From: Tubulanus polymorphus
Taxonomy: Eukaryota; Animalia; Nemertea
Direction of reading: 5' to 3'
DNA length: 64,000 nucleotides
Assembly: GCF_964204645.1 (NCBI RefSeq)
Contig: NC_134025.1
Span: forward strand, 4,030,001-4,094,000
Below are positions 59,073 through 64,000 of this stretch, one piece after another. Every line of letters begins with the position of its first letter. Within the stretch, counting starts at the first letter, position 1. The position numbers and the translations under genes are program-made. The notes under the pieces are model-generated. The model was not told where the DNA came from and searched no databases. It saw only the letters and a program-made list of their open reading frames with translations.

Positions 59073-61973
59073 AATCATTTATTCCTTCCAAAAAATTGAA
59101 ATATGATTAGAAAACTTAATTTCACTGCAACGAATTGCATTACAAAATCAAAAATATTGACGTGGACCCCTTTCCAAGTTTCTATGATATCTTTGACTTG
59201 ATGTTATTTCACCTGCAAGGCTGCAAATAATGGAAATTCTTTGGTTTAAGTTTGTGGACTCGTGGTCTAGAAATGTCTGGGCGGGAGCATGGGCAAGGTG
59301 GATCTCGGAGTCACGCTCCTTACAAAGCTGACCAGCCGACCAAAAATTCTGGCAACGCCAATCCATCACGAAAACTTGACTTAGAATATACCAAAATAAT
59401 GTATAATTGCCTACCGATATGGTGCGTTTACTGCGAAGTGATTTTGATGGTCAAGGTTTGTTGTTTCAGACATTCAAATTAACCACTACATTGACCGTCA
59501 CCTGTTACACCGATACTGTAGATGTAAATCAAACGCAAAGCTAAAATGCGCATTTCAGTAATCGAGTACCGGACATTTTAGATAAACAGCGCATTTTGTA
59601 GCATGGGTAGCCGCTAGGAAATTTTGAAACTCAATCTCGACAAGTTGCTTTTAGCTGTTAAGAAATTGGATCATCATTTTCGAAACATTTGATGGTTAAG
59701 CAAACAGTACTCGAGACAGTAGGAACTGCAATGAATATTTTGAATGTATCACGACGCAAGGCACATCGGCGTTCAATTATGTCGTACCGAAATACTAAAT
59801 AAAAAAGAATCGTTCAAATTCAGTAAATCAGCTAGCCTCCACACAAATACCGCTCTACAAGTTTTTTTCAATATACATTACTTATTGGGGGGCGTTTACG
59901 AATTGCGATTCGAATCGATGATATTGTGACAGACGTTTCATACATATTTGGGATTATTGTCGAATATCATTAGTATCATCATCATTATGATAGAATAGAC
60001 TCATTATGCACGAAGGGTCACGAGAATATCTAAATTGCCATCTATTGTCTCTATCTAATAAATGTAACCATTTCTATTTGAATGATATTGTGCGGAGATT
60101 TAGCAACGTGCATTAGAGAACAGATCTATTCTACATGAAGGGTCACGAGAATGCGCTTTCGAATGGTATGCGAGATTCGTTGCCCCTCGCATTGGGGGCC
60201 GGGTGTGCCCGACCAGAGTCCCTCGCTTGCAAGTGCTGGATCAGAACCCATCGCAGGTTAAATAAACCCTATATACCGCGTTGCGTACACTGTGTGGTCA
60301 TGGTGTTGATCGGTGGCAAATATAATTAAGTCGTATAATGTCCAGTGCGCAGTACTGGTGGCATTTATTACCAGATATCATTGTATTGTGGCGTTTATAA
60401 TCCACTGAGGAATTATTCATAAAACGTTATAATGCTGTTACGAAGGATTAGAATGTATACATACTGCTTTCAAACACTAACAGCAAATATTCGCGAACAC
60501 TTCGCGTCTACACGATAAAAATACACTTGGTACATGTAACAGTTTTAGTGGTTCCTGGTGTCAAACAAATCCCAAACAACTAAATCGTTGTAGACCTGTA
60601 CTAGACTAAGTCTATATGTCGAATAAACATAAATACCACGAAGGAAGGTAAGTCATATAAGCTAGATGATATGTTAACTCGTCAAGTAAATCAAATATTT
60701 CAAATTAGGCATATGCAGTGCATTTCAGATTGTGTGGCGATTGTGAGAAAATATACTCTCATTCACAGAACGTTGATGATTTCGATAAATGAAATAGTTT
60801 TGATAATCTACACACTGCAAAGATCTAGGATTATGAAGTTTTTATTATCATGTACATATAGAATTTTCCTATCGATACAGGATAGTACTGTAAGGGCCTC
60901 AGACCTCGTGTTACTTGGATCCGTAATTCAATTAGCTTCCGTTCTTTTCAGGAAGTTCTTTTTATTCGTTCAGTTTTTTTCAAAGACTCGTTAACGCAAA
61001 CGAACCGCAATAAGTCGATATATAATCAGCAACTGTAGTCGTCGGAGCAGTAGGTTTCTGCTTCAGTAACGCTCGCGCGTAGGTTATTGCCGGTGGACTT
61101 CACAATCTTTTTTTTTATTACTGATTATTGTAGGGCTGTGATTTATTTGATTGGTTCGCTTTTGAATTCATGCATGGTCGTTTTGGGACATGATACAGAT
61201 AATTCAGTTCGGCATACGTATTTGCATTTCCGAAATCTTTGTTTTCTCAAAATCAAGTTTTCAAACAAGAATTCAACTCGAACACTGTACAGAATCTCAT
61301 CTGCCACCATGAAAATCCGTCGGTTCGTCAGGATAAGGCCAATAGAAATTCATCGGCACCGGGCTTAATACGAAACTTACAAATGAGTAAATGTTCCGGA
61401 TGACAAAGAAACTCATTAATCAAAATTCGCCCACAGAATTAGAGTTCTCTTGCGAATTAAACATAAAAGCACAAGTGTTCGGATCTTGTTTATATACGGT
61501 CGGTACACTCTCAATTTCTCACAGTCGGTGTTATTGTGTCGTTAATTTATCTATTCATTTCTGGAACTTTTATCACTTTGTGGCTTTTATTGTACAAATA
61601 GTCGCCGTGTCAAGTGATATCAAATTGTCCTAAGGAATTCTAGAGTACTGATATAAAGTCACATTCACGTATATATTGCGCTGCGAGTAGACTTATTATC
61701 TCATACGAAATGGAAACGGTTAGTTTTTACAGGAAACCGTCCTCAAAGAATGACCAAGTACGTACGGTATGTGCGCAATGTCTTTGATACTTTAGTTCGT
61801 AGGAAAGTCAAATGGTCATATTGTTTCGTCGTCGAAAGTTCTATTTCGAGGAGACGGTTCATTTACTTGGTCGTCGATAGGGTTCATTTGCAGTTCAACG
61901 ATTGTACACGGAAATGTATATTCGATTTTAATTTGTAACTGAACGAATATCATATTTATATTTCCAGTTGAAG

Positions 61974-63269
61974 ATGGGGAATCTATACGAAGATGTCAGA
62001 GTGGAAGATATATATAATCTCGCCTCGATGGAAATTTCACATTTTCGAATGAAACACAAACAACGACAAGCGTTCACAACTCCTAGAATACGATCTGCTA
62101 GAGAAATACAGGACACGGAAATGAAACCGATGTACCAAAGTTATGAGATGTTAAAAGGAGATAATGAGAATGCAACTGAATGTAGCACTAGTCGATGTAG
62201 CACTGCTTGCTCAATTGTGCTACCGAAGAGCGTCACTTGGGATGATCGTTCAACTACTGCGACATCTAATGCACCTCGTGGATTTCGAATCAACGATGGA
62301 TACCTAGAATCACCCAGATCTCAGCCAGATAATCATACGCAGGTAGCGGGACGAAGTATTCTGAAATCGCACGACAGTATGACGCTAATCCGAAGCCGAT
62401 CGGCTCAATCGATGGGTGCTCAATGCATTAGGTCTGAAAGCAGAGTAGATCCCGACCTGAAAGATCAAGTTAATCCTATTTCGAGACAAATCTGCGACGT
62501 TCTCGGCCCGGTCGTCTGTCATATTTGCGGAAAAATCAAAACCAGAAGCCATTCCGTGGAAAGATGCGCGTCACAGTTTCCTAGTATTCATATATCTGAA
62601 GATCACTTCAAAAAAGCTCTACTTCTCAGCAAACATATGCCAGGTTTAACGACAAAACAGTTACAGGAGAAAGTTGCCCACGGCGAAGTGTCGTTAGGTC
62701 AATTGAAGAGCTGTTCTTCGAAACGAAAACCAAAACTAACAAATAATCGACCTAAGAAACAAAGGCGGTCTGTTGGACCTGACGGTACATCTTGGATGTT
62801 TTTCAGGGATATTCGAGATCTTGACCACAGGATATCATCAGGCGTGATGGATAAAATGGCAGAAGCGATGCCAGAAATGTTTGGGGAGTACGTTCAAAAA
62901 AGAAAAGATCGCATCAAAAAATCCTTGCAGCACCAAATCACCCCGCAGTATATGTCCGACGATGCGACACACATCAAGTCCAAATTTCCGTTGTATTATG
63001 AACCACCTATGCTGTCGATTGATGCTATTCGTGATCGAGCAAAACATGATTTCTTTGCCGATCAAAAAGGGAAGTACAAATTGCCCGAGCGACTACCGGA
63101 AAATATCATACCCCCCGAGGTAACAAAAGCTTTAGAGGATCTGTACGAACAGGTGAGACGCGATTCTGACGGTAACGATAAAACTATGGAGGATCTTGCA
63201 AAAAGACTGCGAGCCCTAACCACCAAGAGACAGCGGCCACCAATACAGTCACACGTCAAGAGTACGTGA
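61974..63269 (+). CDS. Uncharacterised 431-aa protein, single coding exon
   Basis: The longest ORF in the window. Acceptor TTTCCAG at 61961-61967 just upstream of AAGATGG; candidate upstream UTR donor AAG|GTAAGT at 60647/60648; AATAAA at 63581-63586. No family recognised. Confidence 0.75.
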   Translation: MGNLYEDVRVEDIYNLASMEISHFRMKHKQRQAFTTPRIRSAREIQDTEMKPMYQSYEMLKGDNENATECSTSRCSTACSIVLPKSVTWDDRSTTATSNAPRGFRINDGYLESPRSQPDNHTQVAGRSILKSHDSMTLIRSRSAQSMGAQCIRSESRVDPDLKDQVNPISRQICDVLGPVVCHICGKIKTRSHSVERCASQFPSIHISEDHFKKALLLSKHMPGLTTKQLQEKVAHGEVSLGQLKSCSSKRKPKLTNNRPKKQRRSVGPDGTSWMFFRDIRDLDHRISSGVMDKMAEAMPEMFGEYVQKRKDRIKKSLQHQITPQYMSDDATHIKSKFPLYYEPPMLSIDAIRDRAKHDFFADQKGKYKLPERLPENIIPPEVTKALEDLYEQVRRDSDGNDKTMEDLAKRLRALTTKRQRPPIQSHVKST

Positions 63270-64000
63270 AATATGTGAAAATGCATCACTTCTAACGTGT
63301 CACCAGTATTACTTTCACAAACTATACCAGATTCAAGACAACTGTGATAAGCGTTTGTTTATACAGAGGTATTATATCCTGATAATGTTAATGACAAAGA
63401 AAAATTCAGAGTGAATTAGGATCTGGATATTTTTGCTGCTAGAATCATGAGACTTTTCACATGATCCACTATTACTCTGTATTCACACATACTTCAATAT
63501 TCAACTATGTATTTAAGTAAGACAATTAGAAATGATTCGAATTAATGCGTTAAACCAGTCAGTTAATATTGAATAATTTGAATAAAGATGGAACAGTGTA
63601 ATGGCAAAGACATACGCATGCAATTTGATGTATATACATATATGTCACGATTTACTTTCCCGTGAGGGGGTAATATAGCTTTTTTATCCTCGAAATGCCC
63701 TTCGGTATATCACGTTTGACGATTGAATTGGCAAACAAGATGTCAATTCGTGGCTGTTTCATTCCCCCACCAGTACACATTCAGCGCGCGAGTGGAGATT
63801 CTGCAGGCGTCGCCGATTTACGTTTTGCGTCAACAACCATCGGTTGTATGTTTACGCGCAAAAATGACCATTTCTACCAACGCGTTGTAAATGAGAAGGC
63901 AAAACAAACTCCCATTGCCGCTAGGCAATCAGTGATAGCCAAGCAAAGAGAATAGGTAAGCCTTTTTAGTTTTCACTAAATTATCCATAATACTTAAAGT

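Noticed and set aside
60180-60260. HDV-like or twister ribozyme
   Set aside because: The GGGGGCC and TCCCTCG motifs are suggestive, but the P1/P3 (HDV) and P4 (twister) pairings could not be built.
63695-63960. 86-aa ORF ending at TAG|GTAAG
   Set aside because: The stop coincides with the donor and nothing is recognisable; more likely a non-coding first exon of a gene beyond the window.

Overview
Eukaryotic, AT-rich, intron-dense animal DNA (invertebrate-like; taxon not determinable from sequence alone). There are no prokaryotic features, CRISPR arrays, rRNA or tRNA. Manual splicing with GT/GC-AG boundaries and exon-phase checks gives three tightly packed minus-strand genes and one plus-strand orphan. 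(1) <1..36018: a 41-coding-exon, >=1958-aa protein combining the KASH5/CCDC155-type N-terminal EF-hand and coiled coil, the IRAG1/IRAG2 (MRVI1/LRMP) coiled-coil domain with IRAG1-like kinase sites, and a C-terminal TM + KASH-like tail cut by the window edge. (2) 39965..47602: a JIP1/2 (MAPK8IP1/2) orthologue. (3) 48559..57840: an EFCAB6 orthologue. (4) 61974..63269: an unannotated 431-aa single-coding-exon ORF. The most interesting system is gene 1. It appears to be a modular multi-promoter locus with phase-compatible alternative first exons, including an MGNCxS lipidation-motif start near a perfect RFX X-box, plus a candidate KASH-less terminal exon with a PDZ-type tail and its own AATAAA. 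All family assignments come from recalled motif similarity, not database searches.
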